DNA of 63,932 bases, counting the filler, from Corallochytrium limacisporum Hawaii (lineage: Eukaryota > Protista > Pluriformea), in the NCBI GenBank assembly GCA_002811645.1. It is 5 parts of 5 records of this genome, joined end to end, with 100 filler letters (N's around TTAATTAATTAA, not from the genome) between each part and the next. Parts side by side here need not be neighbours in the genome. Positions count along the whole stretch, not along the records: positions 1 to 25,978 come from PDIP01000132.1; 4 more parts are not named here. One strand, given 5' to 3'. A model generated the notes under the pieces. The model was not told the DNA's origin. It saw only the letters and a list, made by a program, of their open reading frames with translations, and did not search any database. Both the position numbers and the translations under genes were made by a program. Shown here one piece after another: positions 9,499 through 21,881 of the stretch. Every line of letters begins with the position of its first letter. Positions within the stretch are counted from its first letter, which is position 1.

Positions 9499-11918
9499 AT
9501 GAACTTAGCTTTGTTGACGAATTTGTGTGTTTCAGGGGCTGGGCATGATGTCTTGTCCATGGATCGCTGTCTAGTTTTGCATTGGGAACGACCACTATCA
9601 ATGTTTCATAGATCTTAAGTAGCTCCCTCCGATGTGCGGATATAAGTCACTCATCTAGAAGTGTCAGATGCTCTATCAGACCTGTCTAGACATGTCTGTA
9701 ATCACGACTTGAGTCAATCCCGAGCATCGTCGGTCTTGATGCCCACAAGCCATATCTACCGATGTGGTTTCAATCCTTTCCCCTCCGCTCTCTCTTTCCC
9801 CGCCCCGGGGGGGAGACCCGGAAGGCAGGGAGGGTTGCGGTGCGGGGCAAACCCCGGCGACTTCTCAATTGTTTGACCAAGGAAAAAGGCCGCCCGTCTG
9901 TGTCATAGGGTCTCCCGCTGGTGATTGTCGGTGATGGGATCATCTCGGCTTATTCCACTCCGCCGTCTTACCATTGCTGGCGAGAGATTAGTACACGGTT
10001 GAGGAGAGAATTCACCAAATCGGCACTCACTCTTGCTCAGTGGCTAGATCGTTTGATCTTTTCGTACTCGTGTGGCGGACTGACCACCGTACTGAAAATG
10101 ACGGGGGCCCAGCCCGGACATCGTCTTGAGAATATTTACTCTCGACTGAGCCGATATATATCGTTCAAGGAAATTGGATACTCTCTGTACGATCTAGTAC
10201 TGCTCATTTATACTAATGTTTGTTGTTTATATGTATGGTACGGTGGTACTAAGCACCGCGCCCACTGGTTCTACAAAGCGCGAAAAAAACATTACGTGTC
10301 GTGCCTCTCTCAACAAGCTTCACCTAATGAACCTGAACAGTGCTGGCTCATGTTTGGCAAGTGGCGATTTTGCAATGATGTTTGTACCGTTTACTGAGCT
10401 GCCTACTTATCTTGTGCTTCCTCCTCCTCAACGGCTTTGAGGGTCCCAATCTTGGTTTTCTTCACTGTGACGCCATACTATGAGCGGGTAGTTCCACTAC
10501 CGGAATATACCAGGTTCTTGGTGGGATTGTTGTGACATACAACTGGCGCAATAAGGCACATGCGGTTTTAAGACCAGAGTGAGGTCGAGCTTTTCGTCGG
10601 ACAAAATGTGTTTGGCCGGGGAAGGTACACTCAGTGGGTGGTGGGCAATTGTGCAAAAACCTCAACGGGAGAGTGCAAGGGTACATTTTCCTAATTTGAA
10701 TCTGACGGAAGCAGTCGACGGAGATGAACATCATCAATTGAAGAAGTCTTCATCTGCAAGAATGATCTGGGGAGAGTTGCAAATAATGGCTGAACCCTCC
10801 CGAATTCATCACTTCGTCGTAGAGGTACTGGTGAACACTCCGAATTTGTTGGCTACAGTACTGAACAAATCTTTTTAGAACTTACGCAATGGTACGAGGA
10901 GTCCACCCGAAATCTCTCGCCAAGAGCAGCTCGCGGATCCTAAGATGAGGCGTAGGAGACCAAAAAAGAAAACACCCTCCCACCAGATATCAATTGTTCT
11001 TATGTGTCCAGGAAATTGTAGTGGGCTCTAGTGGGCTGTAGGTATCACAGAAGCACTTGATGGTACTATGAGCCCCTGTTTTCCGCTAAACACTTGCTCC
11101 GTACCTGGTCGTGTACCTGTGGGTCAACCCCCGCCCAAACACTTTGACTCGTTGCCGAATCTACCAACACAGAAAAGATTTACATTTGGCTGTATGCTAT
11201 GATAGCTTGCGCTACTACGCAGAGCTTGTGCGAATATGCATTGAGTTTGTCGATTTCCTTGTTTGCTTCCTCATGTTGTGCGGGTCGCAGAAGCGCATCA
11301 GAAAGTGCCACCTCTCCTTCCCATGCGTTGAGCTTTTTTGACTATGTTACTGTACCACATCGGAATTAGCGGTGATAACGGATCCTTCCCATACCCAACT
11401 CCTCGGACTTGTGAGAGTACCGGATCAGCCCCTCGCACACAATTGCCATCTACTTTTGCAAATCTATTTATCTCTTTGAGCCGACGGGCAGTGATTGCCA
11501 CTGAAGCCATAGGAACTGAAAATCTGCGGTGCTATGACACGTACAGGGCCCTGTATTTGACCATTTTCAATCACGCAGCGTTCACACTCGTGCGCATTCT
11601 TGGGTCACACACCAGCCCCGGATAAGTCTGCTCACCGCTAGTTACCAAATGAGAGATTGTGGCTTCTCAGGGATGGCGAAAAATCGACGCCGTTTATTTC
11701 AAAATCTTCCGACGCGAAAAGCATCTGCAGCATTTCGTTTGCTTGCTCAGGTCCTGATTTCGCACCGTTCATATAGGTTGCTACAAGGGGCCTGATGTAT
11801 GCTCATGTTATCGCCAGATCGCCCCAGTAAAATACTCAACTATGCGCCTGTTCAGCAGCACGATTACTCAGTGCGCATAAAATTAGAGTCGATCATGCTC
11901 GTGCCTCCAACATCCGGT

Positions 11919-12884
11919 TCAATAACTCCCATTGATGTCTAAGTCATTGCCCTTGAGCACACGATCTTCGTTGTAGCAAAGCGCACCGCTTTGAAGCCGC
12001 TGGACCCCTTTGGTTTGATTCAACTGCCAGACTGTGCGAGTAAAGTACCAGACTGTGATATTTTCTGAGAACATGGTTCGCGAACTCCTGGAAAACTGAG
12101 AAACCCCACTACAGTCTCCAAAGTCCAGGTCACAGACTCCACCACTCTTGACGGTAATGGTATTGTCGTGATAGTTTTGGCACCAAACACCGCCCTCGAA
12201 GGTTTCTGTCCCCTCAGCATCCTCGAGGTGATTGTTGATTCCAAAAGGTGGAGTTGTGTTGATTGGCTCAAACCAGTCAGGGTCAGCACAGAACCAGTGG
12301 ATGTCATAAGAAACCTCGAGAGGCTCGTCGTCGGTGTTGAAGATCCTGCAAGTCACATCACGACCGGCTACAGGAGTACAGACCATTGGAAGCTTCCGGC
12401 GATGGTGTTTGTCTTCATTCTTACCATGTTTAACTCGAACCACTCCTTCCGCAATTTCGCTAGCCATGTGACCTGGGTACTCACAATCACCGGTGGGAAC
12501 AATGATGGTGTGAAAGGAATTGGCTGCGATGGTGACATCTTCACTTGTCTCCATTACGGACACTTCTGGACGGCCATATTTGTGTCGATCTTCAAACACA
12601 TCATTGTCCACACAAATGAACCTCATGTCAATATCAAGAGGGCGTTCAAGCGGCTCACTGATGTCGATTACAACGCCGCCGGTGCGACTGCTCTCGTCGC
12701 GGTCCACGTATGCTCCTGAGATCATAGGTCCAAGATACTCAGCATCGTTGACACCAGCAGAGGCCGTCCACAATGAGGTTTTCCAAGGACATTTGGACTC
12801 AAAAACTCTCTGACCGACAGTACCAGCAGAGAGCGTGACGCTGCCCATATGGTAAGACAAATCAACTTGAGGAACGGGAATCAT
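11919..12884 (-). CDS. Protein with three ~100-aa beta-rich repeats; probably a 5'-eroded gene or pseudogene
   Basis: Repeats begin GSVTLSAG / EDVTIAAN / NTITVKSG and end LDIDMRFIC / YDIHWFC / LDINGSY*TGC; a decayed further repeat lies upstream (about 12945-13065). Confidence 0.6.
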   Translation of the reverse strand: MIPVPQVDLSYHMGSVTLSAGTVGQRVFESKCPWKTSLWTASAGVNDAEYLGPMISGAYVDRDESSRTGGVVIDISEPLERPLDIDMRFICVDNDVFEDRHKYGRPEVSVMETSEDVTIAANSFHTIIVPTGDCEYPGHMASEIAEGVVRVKHGKNEDKHHRRKLPMVCTPVAGRDVTCRIFNTDDEPLEVSYDIHWFCADPDWFEPINTTPPFGINNHLEDAEGTETFEGGVWCQNYHDNTITVKSGGVCDLDFGDCSGVSQFSRSSRTMFSENITVWYFTRTVWQLNQTKGVQRLQSGALCYNEDRVLKGNDLDINGSY

Positions 12885-15059
12885 GATGAGGTAAAATTAT
12901 ACGGGAACGGGGTCATACGTCTTGGGTTGTGGGTGAGGACAGATCACGGAACAGATTCCCTATGAGTGCTAACATTAAATAGTTTGAAGGCACATATGCA
13001 ATCCCATAGGAGCAGAAACTTGATACGCTCATCGCCGTTGCGGCCAAAGGAAGTCCTTACTGAAGTCTTCCATGAGGCACACGTCTTGCCGACCACGAAC
13101 GGCAAGATTATCGCAACCAATCAAAGTTCCACACCATGTGTATTAGTCAAACATGGGACTTGAGTGCCTAGAGATTGTGACCAGTACTAGCATGAAGGAT
13201 ACTCAATCATGCGGACCATTCTGAGCCAGTTTCACCAGGGTTCAAAACACCGAAGTACTTCTGGCTTCCCACCATCCGCACCCTCTGTCTCCTCTTCTCC
13301 GCGCCGACCACCCGGTGGGGAGTGGTTGCGGTTCGCCTGACGTGCAGTAGCCCTAAGATTGCGGACCAGATGGAGCCCGCATACAATGATGCAAATGACT
13401 GATCTTAGGCACAACCACCTTCCCTGTTCATAGGATGGAAAAATGAGAAGAGAGCCTGCAGTACTTTCGGTACTGGTACTGTAGGTTCCGTATCACCTTC
13501 GGCTGGGATTCTTCATTTTTTATGAATGGGCTGCAAATCACAGAAGCGAATGATATGGACAACAACAGTGACGAAAACTAAAGTCCGCGTGTATCGCAGG
13601 GAGGTCAGCACAGTACTCTATCCCATGTCCTCGCAGTTTGTACCCCACCCGTTATGGAGGATTTCTTCCGGTATTTTCAATTGTGTGTCGGCGGACAAAC
13701 TATGGCCTCGCAATACATGCTATTCCCATATTTGTTTTCACATTATTCATGGTGGGCCAGGATGGTCATCCTTTGGACGACCATTATCGGCTTTCAGCAG
13801 ATTCTGCTTGCTGACTACCAAGAATGTGCTGGTTATAGGCAGCCGTCTACGAATTCGTCATTAGCCCATAACCGAAAGATAGTTCCAAACACGCATTGTG
13901 TGATGGACACGTGTGGGGAACTGTGAAAACAGAGGTGCTTCGCAATGTCCAACTTCAGCAGTCGAACTCCCTTGTCCTACTGGGAGATACCAGTTGTACT
14001 GAAAACCCACGCGCACGGGCGCGGGCGTGCAGACTCATCGAACCCTCAGTCAGTATCAAAGCAATGTGCACCGGGAAAAGTGTCCTACCGTGGACAGAGG
14101 GAGCTAGAGGGAAGAACGCACGTTTCCGTCATGCGGAGAGAGACACATACAGAGATGGACTTAGAGTTCGCTAGGATGCACCAAAGTCCGTCTCTCGTAA
14201 TGCCCCCGGTCCACCTCTCGGTACAACACTATCATGAAACGCTGCTCTGAGAGGAGTCACAACGATATCACGGTCATTGCCCTTAATGGCTCGTCATAGA
14301 TAGCCGTATCAGAACGGCAATGGCAGCAACGGTGGACACAAACGTGAGGGGAATTCACTGACAGAGAGACTTCCACGCTGCCCACTTGGTCAGTCCAGTA
14401 CAGAGATCTTTTCCCGATTTCCAGAGGCATCACCGGGAAATGTGAGCTCGCAGAAACACGGGTGCATTGAGAGCTGTCCTCCAAATGGGTCTCGGTGTAT
14501 ACTCTTGTTGTACGGAGTGAAGCATTGCAGATCAAGGCTTGACAACGCTTTGGTGCTCTCCTGGACGACTTCAACTTCCGACAAGGAGATAAATCTTCGT
14601 CGGTCGTGCGATGGCCACCGTTCTGATTGTACTGCCCATCAAGGCTACCATCGATGACGCTCTGATTGCTTTGCAACCTGGCCATATTGGAGTGCAATGG
14701 AGTGTAATTGATGTTGCCGTAATGAGCACAGCTCAAGGTGCACACATCACTGGCACGTATGACGTCTGTGGTCATCAGAAAGGGATAACCTTCTTCTTTA
14801 ACTACAACAAACACACACACACACACAAAGTGAGAGAGAGAGAGAGATGCAATCTGTCCTGGCCTGGGTCTATTGCGTGGACATGCGGCGCCCCAGAGCG
14901 ACGCGATGGTAGCATGGTGAGTCGTCCTATTGTATGGTGATTCGGAAACTTCTATAAAGATAGTATCTGGAAAGAGCTGAGGCTTTTCATGCATTGTGGC
15001 CGACCAGGGGAAAAAAGGGTGAGTACGGGAAGTCTAATTGTATACTACTGGCTTTGAAG

Positions 15060-15135
15060 GAATAGTTTGCCAGTCTCTGGCTATGAAAGAATAGTCTGCC
15101 AGTCTCTGGCTATGGAAGAATAGTCTGCCAGTCTC
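15060..15135. repeat. 29-bp tandem repeat, about 2.6 copies
   Basis: gaatagt(t/c)tgccagtctctggctatg(a/g)aa repeated, just 3' of the PhyH-family stop codon. Confidence 0.9.
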
Positions 15136-15160
15136 GTGTCAGCGTCAACAACTCCTTCTT

Positions 15161-16153
15161 TTAGATCTTGGACTGACGCACAGAGTAGGTAGCGCCTTGC
15201 GACTGCTTGAGGTATTCGCCAGCACCGTGCTTCTTCAGGGAGTTCAACGGATGATACCCAGCGACGTGTCCCATGAATGGAGGAATGACGCTGTATCCAA
15301 GAAGTCCCTTCACGCGCGGGCTCATGCCCAAGACATGTTCAGGGTCATTTGACAGAACAAATTGTTCTTGCTGGCGAAGGTAAGGTTGACAATACTGGTT
15401 GGACAAACCCAGGCGGGGAGCATCACTGTTATTGGCACCACCAGCGTGCCAGAGGGTGCCAACAAAGAGTACCACGCTACCGGGCTTCATGACAGCTTTG
15501 ACAATACGAGCATCGTGTACAGTGTTGTCCATGTTCTTGCCCTCGTTTTCGGGATTTTCACTGCCATGTCGGAAGTCAACAGCGTTCACGGCGACGCCAG
15601 GGGGCATTTGGCTGCCCCATCGGTGGCTGCCGGGGTAGACGACAGTGGCACCGTTGTTCTCAGTAAACTCATCAATGGCCCATACAGTAGCAATGGACAT
15701 AGGCGGGCGAGGACGGTTCAGGGGGTAGAAACCGTCGTCAAAGTGTAAGGGTTGCTGCTTCTCTCCTGGCATGATTTGAATGGCCAGACTGGCACTCAGA
15801 AGGTAGCCGGGGTCCATGAAGCCATCGAAGACACCCAGGACCTTGGGATGCTCGGCAATATCTTCCAAAATCTTGCCCTGACCGACGCAGTTGTAGATGC
15901 GCTTGGTCGCATGTCCCTCAAAAGTGTTGCGACCCCCCTCCAGAGCGTTCAGGCGGGGATCGACTGCGCTGCGTACTGCGTGAATCTGATCAGGAGTCAA
16001 GGCATCCTCAATGATAACATAACCATCCTCGAAGAGTTTCTTGGCATTGCGAGTATTTTCCTCGCCCTTAATACGGTCCCATGCCACGTAATCCAGGTGG
16101 CTCACACTGACCGTGGCATGTTCCTTCTTGCCTTTTTCGTAAAGAGACGACAT
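15161..16153 (-). CDS. Phytanoyl-CoA dioxygenase (PhyH) family Fe(II)/2-oxoglutarate dioxygenase
   Basis: HxD motif QPLHFDD, ENNGATVVYPGSHRW, LWHAGGAN with distal His, SDAPR Arg; C-terminal SKI. Confidence 0.92.
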   Translation of the reverse strand: MSSLYEKGKKEHATVSVSHLDYVAWDRIKGEENTRNAKKLFEDGYVIIEDALTPDQIHAVRSAVDPRLNALEGGRNTFEGHATKRIYNCVGQGKILEDIAEHPKVLGVFDGFMDPGYLLSASLAIQIMPGEKQQPLHFDDGFYPLNRPRPPMSIATVWAIDEFTENNGATVVYPGSHRWGSQMPPGVAVNAVDFRHGSENPENEGKNMDNTVHDARIVKAVMKPGSVVLFVGTLWHAGGANNSDAPRLGLSNQYCQPYLRQQEQFVLSNDPEHVLGMSPRVKGLLGYSVIPPFMGHVAGYHPLNSLKKHGAGEYLKQSQGATYSVRQSKI

Positions 16154-18131
16154 CTTGTTGCAGTATGAATTCTAACTCTCGTCCCAGAAACGCTCGGGTT
16201 CTTCTGCAGATCAGCTAGGAAATATTTGCCGGGCCTCATATGTAATGTTTCTCATTATGACCTTAAATACGTGGTCCAACGAGAACAGAAGGAGGGGCAT
16301 GAATTAGGTTGTTTGGACGGACAATATTTGTGCGATCACGGGAGTACAGTTGGCCCTTGCTCCCAATCGCCATTTCTAGACAGACTCGCTCGTGTACAAC
16401 AGGAATAAGAGGGTTTGGTGCACAAGTCCGATTCATCTCTAAGAAGTCGGAAGGTATGGTTAAATGAGAATAAAATGTTTGGGTGCCACCCCATTGTCTT
16501 GGTGCGGTGGTACGTATTCGTGTGGACAAAACAAAGCCCCTTCTCCGGGGTGGGGATTTAGAGAGATCTTACAGGACTCCACCACACTAGGTTCACTCCT
16601 TACTTTCCAGTCTAACCTAAGACGATCAAGTGCGGGTCTGGGTGAGGTGGCTAGGCATCAGTCCAAGATATTGCAACAAGATTGGCTCACTGATGCTGTG
16701 AATTTTGTGACGCGGCGACTGGGGACCGCGCCCTCCCCGGTCTTCCTTCCTTCGCTGGCCATAGTAAATGTATTGCCTGCGGGGGCGAGGCTACGGAAGT
16801 GATCGTGCTGGCAAGAATTTAGCAATCTGTGGAATGAGAGAGATCCCAGGGTGAAAACTTCAAAAATAACATCCAGTGAGTTGTCGCAGTTCTATGTTGG
16901 GATACAGGCGGCTTGTCGCACGCCAATTTCCATGCGAAAATAAATGAAGGACACACCGGAAATGGAATCATACATGCGCAAGATTTGAGCGACTCTTTTG
17001 GCTCTAGTTGCTGAGGATCGCAGGGATGTATCAGCGCGCTCCGTCCGTCGTTTAGGCGCCCTGCGCATGCAAGAACAGTTGATCTCATGGAAGAACCAAG
17101 TAGATAATGTTCCGCATATTTTGTGACCTCCAACATATTTGTATCTATTTTGGTAGGCTGTCCGCCTCTTCCTCACAATATTTTGGTCCTGCGGTCTGGA
17201 TCAGGGCTCTCATAGTGAATCTACCGGGCGTTCAGTGCCCTACTAAAAATAGTACGACGCAGCATATCAACATCCCGCAGCCCTCGCCTTCCTTCCTAGG
17301 TCCCCTGCAAAGTTGCAAAACAGACACGGTGGTGAACCCATGGGCTAACTACCGACCCACGGTGGAATATCTTTGGAATTCTAACTATTTTTAGGGTCCA
17401 CTGCAAGTTGAGATTTTCAGAGCAACCGATCTTCGCTCTTTAAATGTGCCGGCGACCTTCAAATGCGCAGGACCGCTTGGACTGGGGTTCGTGTTGCTAC
17501 TGTGGGTCATCGTAGCATTCTCCTTCGATCTGCTGCTGTCTCGGAGACATCTCCTCCCAATTCTCGCGCTTGCCATCACGCGTCCTCCTCCTAAACCCTT
17601 ACATTCTTTCAGGTTTCTGTTGCCTTGGCTTAAAGATGACCGAGGGAACATTTGCTGGGCAGCATGCTCCACCGCTAGTTCGGCCCTCGATTTGTATCCC
17701 CGAAGTGGATCTTGTCATCTCGCGCCAGTTCCCATCCGCCGACGATCCCGCCCATACCGGAAGGACACAACCGTGCAGAGAGCGCCAAAATGTCCAAGAT
17801 GTTAGAGTAGAAGCATAGTCATACTAATGGGACCAGGACAGGAGAAGTACGCAAACTGTGAAACAGCTGTCCTGCGCCATGGGGCAAAGAGGCGGGTTTC
17901 TTGATTTCTCCTTCCCTTTTGGTTTCTGACCGGGAAATAGCCGCATCCTGGGTGTGCCGAAGCGAGAGCCCAACCAATTTAACGATTGTGCTCATGATCC
18001 ATCGGGGGTGTCAAGAGCTAGTTGAGAAATATATTAGGGTTTCATTCATATATGAAATTTGGATTGGGAGGGGGGGGGGAAGGCCAAGCACAACACCGGA
18101 CAGTAGCTGTGGATACACTATGCATAGCCGG

Positions 18132-19619
18132 TCAATTCGATTCCACCGTCCATTTCTTGGCGCTCGTGGATGCAGCTCCCTTTACACCAGCCTTGAGGAC
18201 CTTGCCCGGTCGTAGTACGCGGCAATTGTTGAAGGTGCGAATGGCATTGATGCCGACCTCAAGGCCATCGGCGGTGGCCTTGCCCGCGTCCTCACCATAC
18301 GCGTGTGTGACATAGTCGGATGTGTGGTCCCGGGCCTGGTTTGCCAAACCGTAAAATCCTTCCACCAGCGCATCGTAGACGGTGAGGGCCGTCTCTGCCA
18401 GGGTCTTGGCGCCCTGCTTCATGGAGTCCTTGCGCTCTTGACTTATTGACCCAGAGATCGAATCGTAGTGCTTCTTGGAAGTGGAATTGTTCTGGATTTT
18501 GCTGTGGACCCATTTGCCGGCCGCCATGGTCGCGTTCACCGCACCACGGATAAACTGATCCGCGACATGGCCCGTCACTGTGGCCGCAGTCGCAGAGTAG
18601 AATACACCCTTGGTCAGCCAGGACTGCACGTACCCGGGAACCTCGACCGCCTCCCTCTGCTTTGGTGTCGACCCGTCGCTCGCCTCCACATCAACACCAC
18701 TGTCATTCGTGGCAACTGATCCACGCGGAACCGCAGCTGCCTTCTTGTCTTTTTCGTATTCTACGCGCTTGGCCATGGCCCTTTCTGCCTTGGTGGTGCC
18801 TTTCTCGATGTATTTCACAGCCAGCTGGCCACCGACTGTGACGTGAGCTCCCGCCACCGTCAGATAGCGCACCGCCCAATCATCGCTGTCCTCGCTTTGA
18901 CTCTGGTTCGCTGTTGTTTTATCCGTGGGTTCTGCATACTGCGATCCGAGGCGATGCTCTGAGGGCCGGGGAAAGTTACAGCGATTGGCGTGTTCGACCA
19001 TCATGAGTTCAAACATGGCAACAGACTCTTTCCACACTGGATGGTCCTCCGGCACGGGTGGGGGAATGAAATCCAATTCGAAGAAGTACTTGGCATTTCG
19101 AGAGATTTGGAACGCAAAGGTCGTGTCGCTCATTTTGAGACAGTTGCAGATCTCCAGGGGCAGTTCCAAGTCCGAACTGCGGAGTACGAATCCTTCAACC
19201 TCAACGATTTTGTCGCTGTCGGTGCTGATCTCTGACCCGTTCTGTACTTTGGGAAGGTCTTTGTAGGCCATGTAAATTTCTGCTACTCCCCTACCCACGG
19301 GGTCCACACACTTTCCCTTCGGTCCCGCATGCACTCGTGAAGCCTCGACTTCACCTTTAACACGGTGCACAAGTTTAAACTTGATGCCATTCTCCTCTAC
19401 GGCTTGGTGCAACTTCTGGCGATTCTCTTTGGACATGGGATCCAGAGAAGGATCGTAGACATCGGCTTTCTTTGTATCTTCATCCTTGACCTTTGACTCC
19501 GTAATGTGATCCGGGTTAGGATCGATTTGCTTCCCTTCCTTCCTATCAGATCCAGAGCCCTGGAACCTTTTAACTGTGTCATTGGTAACCTTCTTCAGGC
19601 TGTCCATCATATTCGACAT
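18132..19619 (-). CDS. Spartin/senescence-associated domain protein
   Basis: C-terminal senescence domain pattern TVYDALVEG...TSDYVTHAYGEDAGKAT; ATG at 19619 (caaccATG) preferred over the TTG at 19634. Confidence 0.8.
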   Translation of the reverse strand: MSNMMDSLKKVTNDTVKRFQGSGSDRKEGKQIDPNPDHITESKVKDEDTKKADVYDPSLDPMSKENRQKLHQAVEENGIKFKLVHRVKGEVEASRVHAGPKGKCVDPVGRGVAEIYMAYKDLPKVQNGSEISTDSDKIVEVEGFVLRSSDLELPLEICNCLKMSDTTFAFQISRNAKYFFELDFIPPPVPEDHPVWKESVAMFELMMVEHANRCNFPRPSEHRLGSQYAEPTDKTTANQSQSEDSDDWAVRYLTVAGAHVTVGGQLAVKYIEKGTTKAERAMAKRVEYEKDKKAAAVPRGSVATNDSGVDVEASDGSTPKQREAVEVPGYVQSWLTKGVFYSATAATVTGHVADQFIRGAVNATMAAGKWVHSKIQNNSTSKKHYDSISGSISQERKDSMKQGAKTLAETALTVYDALVEGFYGLANQARDHTSDYVTHAYGEDAGKATADGLEVGINAIRTFNNCRVLRPGKVLKAGVKGAASTSAKKWTVESN

Positions 19620-21398
19620 GGTTGCCGTTTTCAATGTATCCGCTATTCTCTTCTAATATCCTGTACCACACTACACCATATGGACCTCGTGTCAAGTACA
19701 AGAGCAGAAGATCCAGTGCTCAGTGTCAAGTACCTTGCTTCCAAGACCTCAAACGAGCTCCATGAGCAGCCGGTTCATCGTGTGAATGCAACGCTTTGCT
19801 TCTGCGTTGGTTTCTTCACTCTTGCAGGAACCAACCGTGCAGATGTGCACATTCGGTGTCTCACACATATTTTTCACTCTGGTGTCTTTCATAGAGACTC
19901 GGAGTCCGTCACCCGACCCGAGTCCACAGTGTTGTGTGGGTGTACCCAGTCACTCGGCGGCGGGCGGGTGATGGCTACATTGATGGTAGCCAGTAAAATT
20001 TGACGGTAGCTTAGGGAACACGGGTCCATTCTTCACTCTTTTGACTCGGCAGCATCGTCATCCCGGTCGATGGAATGTCGATCCGGTATAGTTGAACACG
20101 CCCGGGACGTGTGCACAGAGAACTGTCGCCTAACCATGGGAATCCAATTTCTCATTTTCTTTAGGCTGCCCAAACGCAGCTGCTGATACGCTTGGCTGCC
20201 CCTGCCCCAAATGGCCAGTGGGCAAAGTGGCTGTCTTACTGTGAGAGAGCGAAGCGTCCGCCGGTGGTGTGTGCCGAATATTAGGGTCTGAAAACGGCCG
20301 CCTCTTCGAAAGACCACCTACCCTGCGGCGCCCGTTTGGTTTTCCAGCCTGAAAAAATATTCTTCGCTTCTTCTCCCTTCCTTTCATCGCTTTTTTTTTC
20401 TCTCGCATTCTGGAAAGTACTCCCAAAGGCCCCCGGGGTGCCCCGCAACCGAAGCCAATTCCCTTACTGAACGAACTGAAAAAAATATTTTGTTGTGGAC
20501 GAAAGGGTGGCTGCGTATTGCTCCTGCTCCCTCCCGGCCCCACCCCCCCCGGGGGGGGGGAGGGTATTTTTTGCCGGCTCGCAGAGAGACTCCCGTTGCG
20601 TACGCGCCGTGGAAGCAGAGCCCCTCGTCGCCGAAGGGGGGGGGGGGGCAGGCAGGCTTGAGAGGCCACTTGGGGGGGGATAGCCGAGGCGCAGAAGGGA
20701 TCGGGCAGGGGGGGGTCCGAACGGGCACCGCAAACTTTACTTACCCCACCCAACCCAACCCAGGATATTTGATATACCTTTATTAGCATCTTCAAAAACA
20801 GTGATTTCATCCGAATTCAAATATATTCTTTGATTCGAAGCAGCTAAATATAGGCAAACAAGAATGTAAACTATTGAAAACTTGAAATATTGTTGTTGCA
20901 GACGAGGGACACCCACAGGCTGTTTTGCTTGGCTTTGGGCCCAAAGGCTTTCAATTGGTTGGGGGGGAGGGAGGGGTTGGAGGGGAGAGCGGGCGGTGTT
21001 TTGGTTGTCCCCTTATACACCGCCAGTGAATCGGGGTCGGCCAAGGGTGAAAATTAGTTGGGAAGGAGGTACGGGGCTGGGGGGGGGACCGCTGGTCAAA
21101 GTGTGAGGTTTCCCATTGTTTTGCCTTTTGTTCGCTCTGTTACCTCTTGGGTGCCTTACTTTGCAACGGGGGTTGAGCAAAACGGAGGACCCGCGGGAGG
21201 GGGCAGGGGGGATGGGGGTGAGTGTGCGTAACAAAAGAAAAGGAAGTAGGGTTTAAACCAAGGGCTTCCCGCGGGTTGACTGCGTTAGGATAGGATACAC
21301 ACACGCACACACCAGGGTCGTGGAGAGGGGAGAGAATCCTGGGCGAAATAGATGTAGTGCAACTGGCTCGGGTCACAATAGGCAAAGCCTGGAGAAAA

Positions 21399-21446
21399 AG
21401 CCAATAACAATAGGCCACAGTAAATTCGTGGGTTTCAGCCAATGGC
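21399..21446 (+). promoter_or_regulatory. Paired CCAAT boxes in the divergent promoter between the spartin-like gene and ARPC4
   Basis: agccaataac and agccaatggc about 38 bp apart, matching the NF-Y consensus and typical spacing. Confidence 0.4.
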
Positions 21447-21881
21447 AGCTCCCACTCTCCGTACGCCTGACAAGTGAGGAAAGAGGGGGAGGGGGCCGGC
21501 CCCCCTCCCCGGGCCCTGGGACGCGGGATTCGTGTAAGAGAAAAACAAAAACACACAAATCGCAAACAATGTGGAGTCAATGACATCTGCTGCACAGATG
21601 ATGTCTGTTGCATCATGGTCCTCAGAAATGAGACTTGATGTTGTATTTATGATCGTTTCGTCGCGTAACAGACTAAGCGACCATGAGTCAATGAGTGGCA
21701 TTGGGAGTCCTACACCACCGGGGAGCAGATTATCGTGATCCTGGGCAAGACCTCATACTCCGGTTTTTGGCTTTAAGGATTGAATTCTGTAGGATAAACA
21801 GTCTTTCCATTGGGGAAGCAAGCAAAGTATTACTGCGGCAGGCCATAGTAATATAGATCAACTCCCAGTAGCAATAGAACC

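Noticed and set aside
9921-10878. ORFs 9921-10397 and 10579-10878 (also 13526-14250) as genes
   Set aside because: Mostly non-ATG starts, no motifs, fragmented across frames; cannot be supported beyond possible relics
14257-14994. 245-aa ORF with an ankyrin-like TPLH
   Set aside because: Runs through (CA)n/(GA)n microsatellite and lacks the rest of the ankyrin consensus; at best a relic
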